Assembly: GCA_002504405.1 (NCBI GenBank)
Contig: DARO01000006.1
Location: 19,189 to 83,188 of the forward strand
Source: Methanomassiliicoccaceae archaeon UBA71
GTDB lineage: Archaea; Thermoplasmatota; Thermoplasmata; Methanomassiliicoccales; Methanomethylophilaceae
Direction: 5' to 3'
DNA: 64,000 bases
Under the pieces are notes generated by a model, which was not told the origin of the DNA, searched no databases, and saw nothing but the letters and a program-made list of their open reading frames with translations. The position numbers and the translations under genes were made by a program. Positions 49,301 to 57,419 of the stretch are shown in pieces. Within the stretch, counting starts at the first letter, position 1, and each line of letters opens with the position of its first letter.

Positions 49301-50706
49301 TCCTCTACACTCAATGTCTTCCCGTTAAGATCGAGCGTGATTGAACAGTCCGGTTTGTCAAACAGGATTCCATCTTCCTGATCGATGTTATCCTGTAGCT
49401 TGATTGTGTCTCCGTTCTGTGCGTATTCTAACGCATCGTTCAACGATCCATAGTATCTGTCTCCTACTGATGCCACACCATATGTCCTCAACGAGACGGT
49501 ATAGATCCCTTCGTTTTCAGTCTGTATGGCATAACCAGCAACATATGCCTCAACATTACTGGAAAAGGTGCCTCCTGTTATGCAGGCTCCTCCGATAGCG
49601 TAATTCTGATTATTCACTGAAACAGAGGTCTTGCCAGCATCTCCGCCAATGAATGTTCCGCCATAGATCATGACGGTCGATGATTCTCCAGCACCACTGT
49701 CAGGTGGCGGGTTTCCATTACCCACCAGGATTGCGGTTTTCGAAAATGACTCGAATGTTCCGCCATAGATGCTAGTACTGGTAGTATAAGATTCTCCTGT
49801 GAAATAACCTGCATAGAATGATGAAGTGCCGTTTGTATGGACATTACATGCTTCGGTACTATATTGACCGTTGTAAATATCCGATGTTCCTCCTATAACA
49901 GCGAGTCCTCCTTGGACACCGGTGACTTTCACGCTGTCATCCGATTCTCCCTTGATTTGGAGATATGCTGATTCGGAGTTTTCGCCGCTACGTATCGTAT
50001 AACCCCATTTACCATCGCATGACGAGCATGAGGTGTTGATGAACTCACCCGCGGTGATGTACATGTCACCGCGGTTCTCAACCGAAGGATACGTTTCGTT
50101 TTCATAGTATCCACCATTGATGTGTGTGGTTGTATTGATCTCAGATGCGATGCATCCTCCGCCACCATGAATTGTAACGTTGTTGAAAATGGCTAATCCA
50201 CCATCCCTGTTATAGAAATTGAATGCATCGGAATCTTTGAGATTGGTGTATGTTCCTCCGTTAACAATCAGTGTGCCGAAATTATTGACGGTTCCATATG
50301 CATTATTATTGCCAGCTACTACAGAACCTTCTACTCCGTTTATAGTAAGGGTGCCATAATTTCCGAATACTCTTCCGCCAGACGTCGGATTGAATGTTAT
50401 TGTCTTTTTATTCAGATTGATGACGACATTCTTTCCAGATTCTATGTTGAATTGAACTTTTGATTCGATATTATTTGTAAGCGTTATTTCCACATTCGTG
50501 TAGTTTTCAATAGCGGAAACCAATTCATCGAAATTTGTTACATCCACTTCTGTATAAGTGACTAGTACGGAATCTTGGATATCCTGTGTGTTGTCTGCAT
50601 TCACTGCAGGCATACATGCTAGTGCTATGCATGCTATTGCAATCACAACTAGCATCTTACTGAAACCCATAACCCCCGCATTTTTCCATTCGGTGATTAT
50701 TTTCAT
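46357..50706 (-). CDS. Large adhesin-like surface protein (1449 aa)
   Basis: Signal peptide, beta-helix-type G/N/T-rich modules, T/E/D-rich stalk, FQTDHFSLFVV domain and C-terminal TM. Confidence 0.88.
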   Translation of the reverse strand: MKIITEWKNAGVMGFSKMLVVIAIACIALACMPAVNADNTQDIQDSVLVTYTEVDVTNFDELVSAIENYTNVEITLTNNIESKVQFNIESGKNVVINLNKKTITFNPTSGGRVFGNYGTLTINGVEGSVVAGNNNAYGTVNNFGTLIVNGGTYTNLKDSDAFNFYNRDGGLAIFNNVTIHGGGGCIASEINTTTHINGGYYENETYPSVENRGDMYITAGEFINTSCSSCDGKWGYTIRSGENSESAYLQIKGESDDSVKVTGVQGGLAVIGGTSDIYNGQYSTEACNVHTNGTSSFYAGYFTGESYTTSTSIYGGTFESFSKTAILVGNGNPPPDSGAGESSTVMIYGGTFIGGDAGKTSVSVNNQNYAIGGACITGGTFSSNVEAYVAGYAIQTENEGIYTVSLRTYGVASVGDRYYGSLNDALEYAQNGDTIKLQDNIDQEDGILFDKPDCSITLDLNGKTLSVEEGKNVNNRAFKIESGILNVIDSSAEKTGKIIATGSGTTTSEGEGAFGTFRVESNGIIKLTGIALQNSRPWGMNVKVCGGEAYLTDVIIISSYGGGIEVTEADLGEQSKKGKAELINCTIIQTGYNDWCSSAISVSGGSYLTVYGGSYESAGHAIYVFSSGGYITVEDGYYYGNIGSICAEIDTGTYPEYEGGVVINGGMFYGAFQITSPATLEIRGGAFDANPSDYVSGNVEVESVSDYYVVGEPLFQVGEDKYVILDNALQNAPTGSTIILLNDITDRTGLRIQGEKDLTLDMMGHTVTFGYGIENAVIDFAGTTSLTIVGDGTFTIDDGYMITNSLGYTFRLYDQAKILIENGTFNCGLTCIQLADESSAEIHGGHFSAYADWNGKYWILNKIDNSDTTFAVSGGTFVNFDPGHSETENPADSFLSDGYYSSPTMDGDDTVWTVNRLVATVGDTNYSSIQEAMEAADGSAVVIETDLSDPVNVISETVEMDLNSHSITGIVTVGGSLTLTGTGTVSSVVLSSTSAKLVVGGPTVTSVTDSVSYYHVVSSTVDGVTTYSLARTSSGGGGTVTPPVTPDEPGTDVEEHPDGSTTETTTETTTNPDGSKTETTTVTEKDPEGNVTGSTVTETTTSEKEEDGVRETVTSTTVTTSDADGNKTGSTSASTTTTVTDSTTTVVEKEEVMDADDNVTSSTEKVTETTRIDGGTVTSETTEVKDADGNVTSSTESVRAESDDGDVRTEATTESGSTTVSTTVSVSSSGRIDDALIQQAVAQSDAVSEKVSAESPDRVIQIGTGSGTDVTLSPESMSAIAGTGAEFRVISETGSMQLDRDVVGTLTEPGEDVTVRMAESDDSELTEAQLSAKGDRFGVTLTATVGTDIVHLLGGTVTVTIPYADIMGSDPSSLGVFYIDGDGVRTFMDSVYDRALRSFVFQTDHFSLFVVDDLPASESGDDTLLYAGIAAVMAVAIVAVAVVVLHRKH

Positions 50707-50753
50707 ATTATCTCCACACAGGAGGCGGGGGAAGAATCCAAAAGATGGTCGAA

Positions 50754-50764
50754 CCCCCCCCCCC
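50754..50764. repeat. C11 homopolymer (G11 on the coding strand) 48 nt upstream of the adhesin start
   Basis: Eleven consecutive C at 50754-50764, seen directly. Confidence 0.9.
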
Positions 50765-51146
50765 GCTATAGTCCTTTTTGACTATGGGTTTGTATCCAAT
50801 TTTTTTATTTTTAATGTTTCTAGTTCTTAGAGTGTCATAAGGTGCAATTCAAGCACTGTTTCCTTTTCCAATTCCATAACTCAAAGCGAAAATCAAGCGA
50901 TCTGGTCCATCAACGTCTGTTGTTGAAAATAATTCAGAAGTCCTTCCCCGACCTCTTGTTTCTATACTACTTCGAAAACAGTATCTTCGTCACAGACCTG
51001 TCGCACTCAATAATGATATGGAACCCCTGTCACCGATACTGTAAAGTCTGAACAGACTGTCTATAGATTCTCATTTTCTCGGTTTCTGTGACGTCATCAT
51101 TCATACTCCAACTGTTATAATGAACATCTTCCCGTTCCCATGATAA

Positions 51147-51404
51147 TCTTTCGAGGCACCCCTGACAATTAGTAGGATTACGTATTATTTCGTCAAGAAG
51201 GATCTAGGCTTCAAGTTCGACCTCCGCCAGTGTCGCAGGACGTTCGGCCAGAGGTATCTGGACAAAGACCTCGACATCGAGTCCACGAGCGTTCTGATGG
51301 GGCACGCATCGACGAAGACCACGGAGGGATTCTACAGCAGGAAGAGGCTCGACATGGCCATCGAGAACGCCATCGGTACATGGGACGACAATGGTGGACA
51401 GTGA
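51147..51404 (+). pseudogene. Tyrosine recombinase/integrase C-terminal remnant
   Basis: Manual translation gives VKKDLGFKFDLRQCRRTFGQRYLDKDLDIESTSVLMGHASTKTTEGFYSRKRLD, i.e. box II (xxxR, LMGH, catalytic Y). No start codon; in-frame stop at 51144. Confidence 0.85.
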
Positions 51405-51445
51405 AAATCGGGGGTCTCCGAGAACGTCTGGGTAGGGTAAAAGAA

Positions 51446-51472
51446 GTGGACAAGGCGAGAGTCACAATCGCC
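51446..51472 (-). other. tRNA-3'-end-like sequence, candidate att-site relic
   Basis: Minus strand reads G-GCGAT-TGTGACT-CTCGC-CTTGTCC-A-C, matching T-stem / 7-nt loop / T-stem / 7-nt acceptor / discriminator spacing, 42 nt after the integrase remnant. Confidence 0.35.
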
Positions 51473-51671
51473 CTAGCCAGCACATTCTATAACCACCCGA
51501 ATTTCACCGATTTGCCACAATTCGAACAGTAACTCTGTCCACTCTCCTACCTGCAATTTCTTGGTTGAACTCTAAAGGTCTAGCTAACGCCATCACTAGA
51601 TTTCTGGTTGTCAAAACGCTTTGCAAACCCCTTCCCAAACCCCTTAGAACACCTCGATAGGAGGAACAGAA

Positions 51672-52067
51672 ATGGCAGCAGAGAAAGCAGCTAACGGAGC
51701 GCAGAGCGCAGGAATGCAGAACGAGATCAGGACCGCCTTCGGGCAGGTCAACGTCGACCAGGACACCGCGACGCAGAAGACCCCCATCATGAGCTTCAGC
51801 AACGGCAACGTCTACATCGGCCTGAAACTGGTCTCCACCTTCGACCAGAAGACCAACACCCGCAGGGACCCCGTCCCGAGGATCACCGCGTCCTTCAACG
51901 GCAAGTTCGTCGAAGTGCCCCTCAACGGCAAGTGGTGGAGGTCCTTCGCCGACTTCGTGGAGAAGATGGCCGTGGCGATGGAGGGAGTCGATCTCCAGAA
52001 CTCCACCATCAACGATGACGTGGACTACGCCAAGGACATGATGGCCAAGTTCAGGACGAAGGAATGA
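51672..52067 (+). CDS. Hypothetical protein (first gene of the element)
   Basis: 131 aa with a GGAGG ribosome-binding site; beta-rich core then an amphipathic helix. Confidence 0.8.
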   Translation: MAAEKAANGAQSAGMQNEIRTAFGQVNVDQDTATQKTPIMSFSNGNVYIGLKLVSTFDQKTNTRRDPVPRITASFNGKFVEVPLNGKWWRSFADFVEKMAVAMEGVDLQNSTINDDVDYAKDMMAKFRTKE

Positions 52068-52267
52068 GCGGATACCGCGTGGACCACTGGTTCCTCTGGT
52101 CCAACGGGGAGGTCCGGTCGAAGACGTACCGGTACCCCACGTACGAGGAGGCCCTCGACAGGTTCGACAGATGCTCGGCCGTGGAAGGGTCCACCAGGGT
52201 CTCGCTCCGCAGGGTCGGCCCGAAGAGGTCGTCCTCCGCACTGAAGGTGTGGGAGGCGCCACTCTGA
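52064..52267 (+). CDS. Small hypothetical protein
   Basis: 67 aa with an ATGA overlap, followed by a hairpin. Confidence 0.65.
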   Translation: MSGYRVDHWFLWSNGEVRSKTYRYPTYEEALDRFDRCSAVEGSTRVSLRRVGPKRSSSALKVWEAPL

Positions 52268-52273
52268 CGGCCG

Positions 52274-52300
52274 GGGGACGGGACGGACCTTCCCGTCCCC
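52274..52300 (+). terminator. Hairpin after the first two element genes
   Basis: GGGGACGGGA-N7-TCCCGTCCCC. Confidence 0.6.
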
Positions 52301-52364
52301 TGAGAACATCCTTACCCGGTAGGACACCAACCGGGAACATGTGTGAAACAAACAGGTGATCAGA

Positions 52365-53270
52365 ATGGCGCAGCCCAGGAAGCTCTCGCCCTCCGAGCTC
52401 TCGCAGATGATGTCTTCGATGAGCCCCCAGAGGGCGACCCGCTTCTACAACAGGTGCATGACCAACCCCGACACCCCTCAGGAGAACATCATGCTCCTGA
52501 GGCAGTTCAGGGACCAGAACCCCGACAGGTTCCTGTCGGACGAGCAGATGAAAGGGAACAGGGGATTCAAGGGATCCTGGACCTTCGGGAAGGGATTCTC
52601 CGGAGGGTACCGTGAGAAGTCCTTCGGCAGGGTCTACGACTCCGACGGGTTCTCCTACGACCGGTACGGCAACAGATACGACGACCGCGGCAACTACGCC
52701 GACGGCTACCAGGACGGAGGCTCCGAGAGGTTCCAGGGCAACTGGAGCCCCAACGGCTTCTCCGAATACTATGGGGCCCACAATCAGAAGCCCAGGTTCA
52801 GGAGGAGGAAGCCGATCGGAGATCCCAGGAGCTACGACGAGCTCGGGCAGACCCTCATGTCCTTCGACAGCGACGTCGCCAGGACCCGCTACTTCATGAA
52901 GGTCGTGAACAACCCCGAGACCAACCCCGACACCCTGAACAACCTCGTGAGGTTCAGGAACAACAACCCCCAGATCTTCGCGTCGGACGACGAGGCGAGG
53001 GCCCACGGCCCCACGATGAAGCCCAGGCAGGGGTTCTGGTCATCGTTCTGGAAGTCCGACGACGAGTTCTCCTCCATGTCCCCGAAGAAGCAGAAGTTCT
53101 TCGTCAGAGCGTTCAGGGGCAGGAACCGCGCCCGCAACACGGCGTACGGACTCCGCGTCATGACAAACCCGCAGACCTCGATTGAGGACAAGCAGGCCAT
53201 GGCCGAGGTCGTGAACGAGAACCCCGGGCTCTTCTTCAAGAGCGCCGGCGGAGGCCAGAGGCAGGGCTGA
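52365..53270 (+). CDS. Cytoplasmic protein with three ~40-aa repeats and G/R/Y/F-rich linkers
   Basis: AGGTGAT ribosome-binding site; repeated NP[DEQ]T...NPxxFxS units. Confidence 0.8.
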   Translation: MAQPRKLSPSELSQMMSSMSPQRATRFYNRCMTNPDTPQENIMLLRQFRDQNPDRFLSDEQMKGNRGFKGSWTFGKGFSGGYREKSFGRVYDSDGFSYDRYGNRYDDRGNYADGYQDGGSERFQGNWSPNGFSEYYGAHNQKPRFRRRKPIGDPRSYDELGQTLMSFDSDVARTRYFMKVVNNPETNPDTLNNLVRFRNNNPQIFASDDEARAHGPTMKPRQGFWSSFWKSDDEFSSMSPKKQKFFVRAFRGRNRARNTAYGLRVMTNPQTSIEDKQAMAEVVNENPGLFFKSAGGGQRQG

Positions 53271-53278
53271 GTGGTCGC

Positions 53279-55558
53279 ATGGGCATCGGATCCGTCATCA
53301 AGGCAGCGGCGGCGCTGGCCGTCCTCATGGCAATCGTCGTGGTCCCGATGTCCTCCGACGAGTCGGATGCCTACGAGGCCGAGTTCACCGCGGAGATAAC
53401 CCTGGACCTGGGAGAGTACGTGAGCATCGACGTCCAGGACCACATCGGCGACTACAGCTTCAAATACTGCATGAACACGAAGTACTCCAGCGACGACCGC
53501 CTGCCCACCGGGCTCACCAGGGACGGGAGCATCGTCTCCGGGACCCCGACGAAGATAGGCGAGTACGTCACGCAGTACGAGTTCACCGATTCCTCGGTGT
53601 CCCTGTGGCGCGACGTGAAGCTCGTCGTCTACTGGACGGTCGAGGACCTGCCCGAGGAGTACACCGTCACCTACGACGCGGGCATCGGCAGGGTCAACGG
53701 CTCCGGCACGTGGAGCGAGACCATAACCGAGGGCACCTACGCGTCCCTGCCGAATGCGGTCCACTCGTCCGGCGCGTACACGTTCAAAGGCTGGTCCCTC
53801 TCCGAGACCTCAGCCTCCACCATCGGATCGCTCGGGGTGACGTCCGACGTGACCCTGTACGCCGTGTGGGAGAGGAACACCGTGTCCGTCGGATCCGTGA
53901 CAGCCACCATATCCCACGACCAGTCCTCGTCGGTCCCGGTGGTCACGGACCCCGAAGACGCCAGGATATCCGTGTCGGATTACGGCGGGCTGTCGCAGGG
54001 CAACGTGAGGGTGTCCAACCGCACCCTGATACTGGACATGACCGGCGTGGAGCCCGGCACGTACTACGTGACGATATCGGCCAGCAGCACCGGCTACTAC
54101 ACCGGCACCGCCACCGTCACCGTCAGGGTGCCGATAACCATCGTCAAGCCCATAGAGTACACCCTGTCGCAGGGCGACCTCTTCTCGTACACGCCGGTGA
54201 CCAACCCTTCGAACGCGTCCGTCGGCCTCCTGTCCGTGATGATCGACGGCGTCCCCGCGGACACGGACCTCCGCGTCTCCGGAAGGACCATCACCGGCAT
54301 CCTGGAGGACCCGGGGACGTACGAGATCTCCTACCGCGCGTACCTGGACGGGTACGTGGAGGTGGTGAACTCCGTCATCGTCTACGTCTCCGACAGGTCC
54401 GACGTCCCCGGCACGGGCTCCCCGTCCGTCGCATCGGTCACCGCATCCGCCAGGGCTTCCGAGCCCAGGGTGTTCGACTTCGTGGCCATCGGCGGAACGA
54501 ACGTGTCGAACTACGTCTGGTCGGTGGACGGGAAGACGTTCGCCTCGTCGTCGGAGACCGCCCTGTACGAGTTCCCCGCATCGGGGATCTACACGGTGGC
54601 CTGCACCGCCAGGGGATTCGACGGGTCCGAGGTCACACTGGAGATCACGGTGGTCTGCAGGGACAACTACCACAGGGAGGCCGCATGGTCCGGAGTCGGG
54701 TACGCGTACATCGTCGAAGGCGATGCGGGCGTCGAGGTGCCGGACCAATGCCCGTTGAAGGGGACGGTCGAGACCATCGACGGCATGGTGTTCACGGTCC
54801 TCTCCGGGACCCCCTCCGAGGAGGACGTCGGCAGCTCCTTCGACGTTAGTGTCGGAGGAGAGTCTTGGATGGTCACCGTCTACGGGGCGGAGGTCTCCGC
54901 GCCCACGGCATCGTTCTCGGTGACCGTGGACGGCTACACCGCCAAGGCCGTGTTCACGGGCCTCCGCGCGTCGTTCCACATGTTCGACTTCGACGGGGAC
55001 GGCACGTTCGAGGACGGTTCGGAATTCCGGTACGACCGCCCCGGAAGGTACACCGTCGTGTGCAAGGCCGTGAACAACGTCTCCGAGGTCACGTCCACGG
55101 CGTACGTCGAGGTGGACATCGTCCCGCAGGAGGACACCACCCTGGACGGCCTCACCGACTTCCACATCGGCGTCGGGGAGAGGATGCACATCTCAGTCTC
55201 GATCGGGGACGGCGACGTGCTGTCCGTATCCGGTTCGGCGGCGTCCTTCGTCACCGTCGAGGGGTCCACCCTCGTGGTCGCCCCCGTGGAGTCCGGCGTG
55301 TTCGACCTCACCGTCACGGTCACCCATCCGGACGGGACCTCCGAGTCCAGGACCGTCGAGGTCACCGTGAAGCACGAGGGGCCCGACCCGGTCCCGGACT
55401 CCGGAGGGGACCTCACCGCGGTCATGGTGCTGATCTCGCTGGCGTCCGTGGGTTCGATAGCGGGGTTCCTCGTCTACGACACCCGCGCAGGGAAGGCGTC
55501 CGGCGGGCGCCGCTCACCCCGGACCAGGTTAGGGAGCGGATGGGGGCGCAGGAGATGA
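53279..55558 (+). CDS. Membrane-anchored surface protein with Ig-like, InlB B-repeat (Flg_new) and PKD-like domains
   Basis: Signal peptide SDESDA; YTVTYDAG...FKGWS...TLYAVWE; PKD-like DFDGDG...PGRYTV; C-terminal TM. Confidence 0.85.
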   Translation: MGIGSVIKAAAALAVLMAIVVVPMSSDESDAYEAEFTAEITLDLGEYVSIDVQDHIGDYSFKYCMNTKYSSDDRLPTGLTRDGSIVSGTPTKIGEYVTQYEFTDSSVSLWRDVKLVVYWTVEDLPEEYTVTYDAGIGRVNGSGTWSETITEGTYASLPNAVHSSGAYTFKGWSLSETSASTIGSLGVTSDVTLYAVWERNTVSVGSVTATISHDQSSSVPVVTDPEDARISVSDYGGLSQGNVRVSNRTLILDMTGVEPGTYYVTISASSTGYYTGTATVTVRVPITIVKPIEYTLSQGDLFSYTPVTNPSNASVGLLSVMIDGVPADTDLRVSGRTITGILEDPGTYEISYRAYLDGYVEVVNSVIVYVSDRSDVPGTGSPSVASVTASARASEPRVFDFVAIGGTNVSNYVWSVDGKTFASSSETALYEFPASGIYTVACTARGFDGSEVTLEITVVCRDNYHREAAWSGVGYAYIVEGDAGVEVPDQCPLKGTVETIDGMVFTVLSGTPSEEDVGSSFDVSVGGESWMVTVYGAEVSAPTASFSVTVDGYTAKAVFTGLRASFHMFDFDGDGTFEDGSEFRYDRPGRYTVVCKAVNNVSEVTSTAYVEVDIVPQEDTTLDGLTDFHIGVGERMHISVSIGDGDVLSVSGSAASFVTVEGSTLVVAPVESGVFDLTVTVTHPDGTSESRTVEVTVKHEGPDPVPDSGGDLTAVMVLISLASVGSIAGFLVYDTRAGKASGGRRSPRTRLGSGWGRRR

Positions 55559-55719
55559 CCGACGTCCAGATCCCGATAACCACGGTGTGGGACGTGATCG
55601 CCGACGCCCTGGACGACCCCTGGTTCTGGATGGTCTCTCTGGGCGCGACCCTGTGCCTCGCCCTGGCCTTCAGGTACCTCCACGACAGGGGGTGCCGCCG
55701 ATGCCGATCCCCGCGATAG
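55555..55719 (+). CDS. 54-aa single-TM protein
   Basis: MTDVQIPITTVWDVIADALDDPWFWMVSLGATLCLALAFRYLHDRGCRRCRSPR. GGAG ribosome-binding site and ATGA overlap. Confidence 0.65.
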   Translation: MTDVQIPITTVWDVIADALDDPWFWMVSLGATLCLALAFRYLHDRGCRRCRSPR

Positions 55720-57419
55720 TGGGCACCATCGTGTCCGTCCTCGGATGGATAGGCATCGACCTGGGCATCTCCTGGCTGACCAAGGGTGACCTCCAGGTCG
55801 AGTACGTCCGCGGTCTGGACTTCCCCTCCTTCATAGAGCTCTACTGGCTGTCGCTGCTCCTCTACGGGGCGGCGATGCTGGCGGTGCTCAGGATCGCACT
55901 GCCCGGGAACGCATGCGGGCGCGGCCCCCGCCATCGAGGCCGCGACAAACAGCTTGATACAATGAGCGAAACGAGTTACATCACGGCCCTCGTCGCCGCC
56001 CTCGCGAGCATCATCGCCGCCGTGTCCCTCATACCCGTGAGCGACGCGGTCGGGGAGGACCTCTCCGGGACATACGGCGAGGCGACCGTGATCGAGATAG
56101 CACCCGGGTTCGAGTGGCGCTACACGCCCTCCTTCCCGGACGACCTGACAGAATACGTGACGGTGTCCCTGAAGGTCAACGACTCGGGGATAGGGTACGT
56201 CGACGGGAGGATGGTCGTGGTGACCATACCCGGGGACGCGCTCCCGGGCACGACATACAACGTCGTCATCGAGGCGTCCATGACCGAGCCGGTCGAGCAG
56301 ACCGCGTACCAGTACGTGAGGTTCGTCGTGGTCGACGGACTGAGCGTCAGCGGGACCATCAACGACATCATCTCCGGGACGAGGATCGACTTCTCCCCCA
56401 TCGGCCAGTCCGACATGGGGGACATAACCTGGACCGTCAAGGCGGGGACCGAGCTCCCCGAGGGCCTCGAACTTGCCGACGGCAAGGTGTCCGGAACACC
56501 CACCGGAATCGGACCGCAGACCGTGTCCCTGACCGCCAGCTGCATGGGCGAGACCGCCGACCTCGTGGTGACGTTCACCGTCTACTCCGAGATCGTCGGC
56601 GACTCCGAGGAGACCATCGCCTCCTACGGGACCCCCGTCTCTTCTAGAGCGATAACCAACGCCGAGGACATCGGCGTCATCTGGACAGTCTCCGGGGGGA
56701 CCCTTCCCGCGGGATTCTCCCTCGACTCTGCGACCGGTGTGGTCAGCGGGTCCTCCGCCGAGGTGAAGGAGACCGTCGTCACCATAACCGGGACCAGCAC
56801 CCACGGCCCCGAGCAGACCGTGACCAAGCAGATCGCCATCCGCTCCGAGCCCGACCTCGTCCTCTCCTCGGAGGACGGCATCCTCACCTACCTGGACAAC
56901 GCCGATGCCGTGACGGCCACCGTCGCCGCCACCCAGACCTCCCGGATCTCCTGGCAGGTCTCCGGATACGACGGGGCCACGGTCTCCGACGGGGTCGTCT
57001 CCGTCGTCAGCCCCGCGACCGCCGGTATGGGACAGGAACTGACGGTCACCGCCACCACCGCATACGGGCAGACCGAGACCGTCCGTGTCGACCTGGACGT
57101 CGAGGACACCCTGACCATCTCAGGCGACGACCTCGTCAGCGCCATCGTCGGAACCCCGAAGCTCACATCGGCATTCGCTATCGGAGGGGGCTCCTCCAAC
57201 ATCCTTGCCGCATCCACCGGGACCGTCGGTCTTGCAGCCACAATCCAGGACGGATGCCTGAGCGTTCAGAGCGCCTCCCCGATGCAGGACGCCGAAGTCA
57301 CCGTCACAGTCACGTCCGCTGCGGGACAGTCCGCTTCCGCGACTGTCACCGTGGACGTGTACAACGTCCTGGTTTTCAACTCCCAGCCCGCCGGCGGTGC
57401 CGTGATCTACCCGATGTGA
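55701..57419 (+). CDS. Secreted Ig-repeat protein, with an N-terminal 87-aa membrane segment fused in frame
   Basis: LPxGL/LSGTP-type putative Ig repeats. Second signal peptide at the ATG at 55962. Ends LVFNSQPAGGAVIYPM with no TM. Confidence 0.8.
   Translation: MPIPAIVGTIVSVLGWIGIDLGISWLTKGDLQVEYVRGLDFPSFIELYWLSLLLYGAAMLAVLRIALPGNACGRGPRHRGRDKQLDTMSETSYITALVAALASIIAAVSLIPVSDAVGEDLSGTYGEATVIEIAPGFEWRYTPSFPDDLTEYVTVSLKVNDSGIGYVDGRMVVVTIPGDALPGTTYNVVIEASMTEPVEQTAYQYVRFVVVDGLSVSGTINDIISGTRIDFSPIGQSDMGDITWTVKAGTELPEGLELADGKVSGTPTGIGPQTVSLTASCMGETADLVVTFTVYSEIVGDSEETIASYGTPVSSRAITNAEDIGVIWTVSGGTLPAGFSLDSATGVVSGSSAEVKETVVTITGTSTHGPEQTVTKQIAIRSEPDLVLSSEDGILTYLDNADAVTATVAATQTSRISWQVSGYDGATVSDGVVSVVSPATAGMGQELTVTATTAYGQTETVRVDLDVEDTLTISGDDLVSAIVGTPKLTSAFAIGGGSSNILAASTGTVGLAATIQDGCLSVQSASPMQDAEVTVTVTSAAGQSASATVTVDVYNVLVFNSQPAGGAVIYPM

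Noticed and set aside
51473-51481. CTAGCCAGC resemblance to tRNA-Pyl sequence
   Set aside because: Only a 9-nt match with no surrounding tRNA structure; likely chance.
55555-55760. Pyrrolysine (TAG) read-through in element or island genes
   Set aside because: The TAG-ended ORF I checked (55555..55719) hits another stop ten codons later, and no split gene restored by amber read-through was found. The check was not exhaustive.
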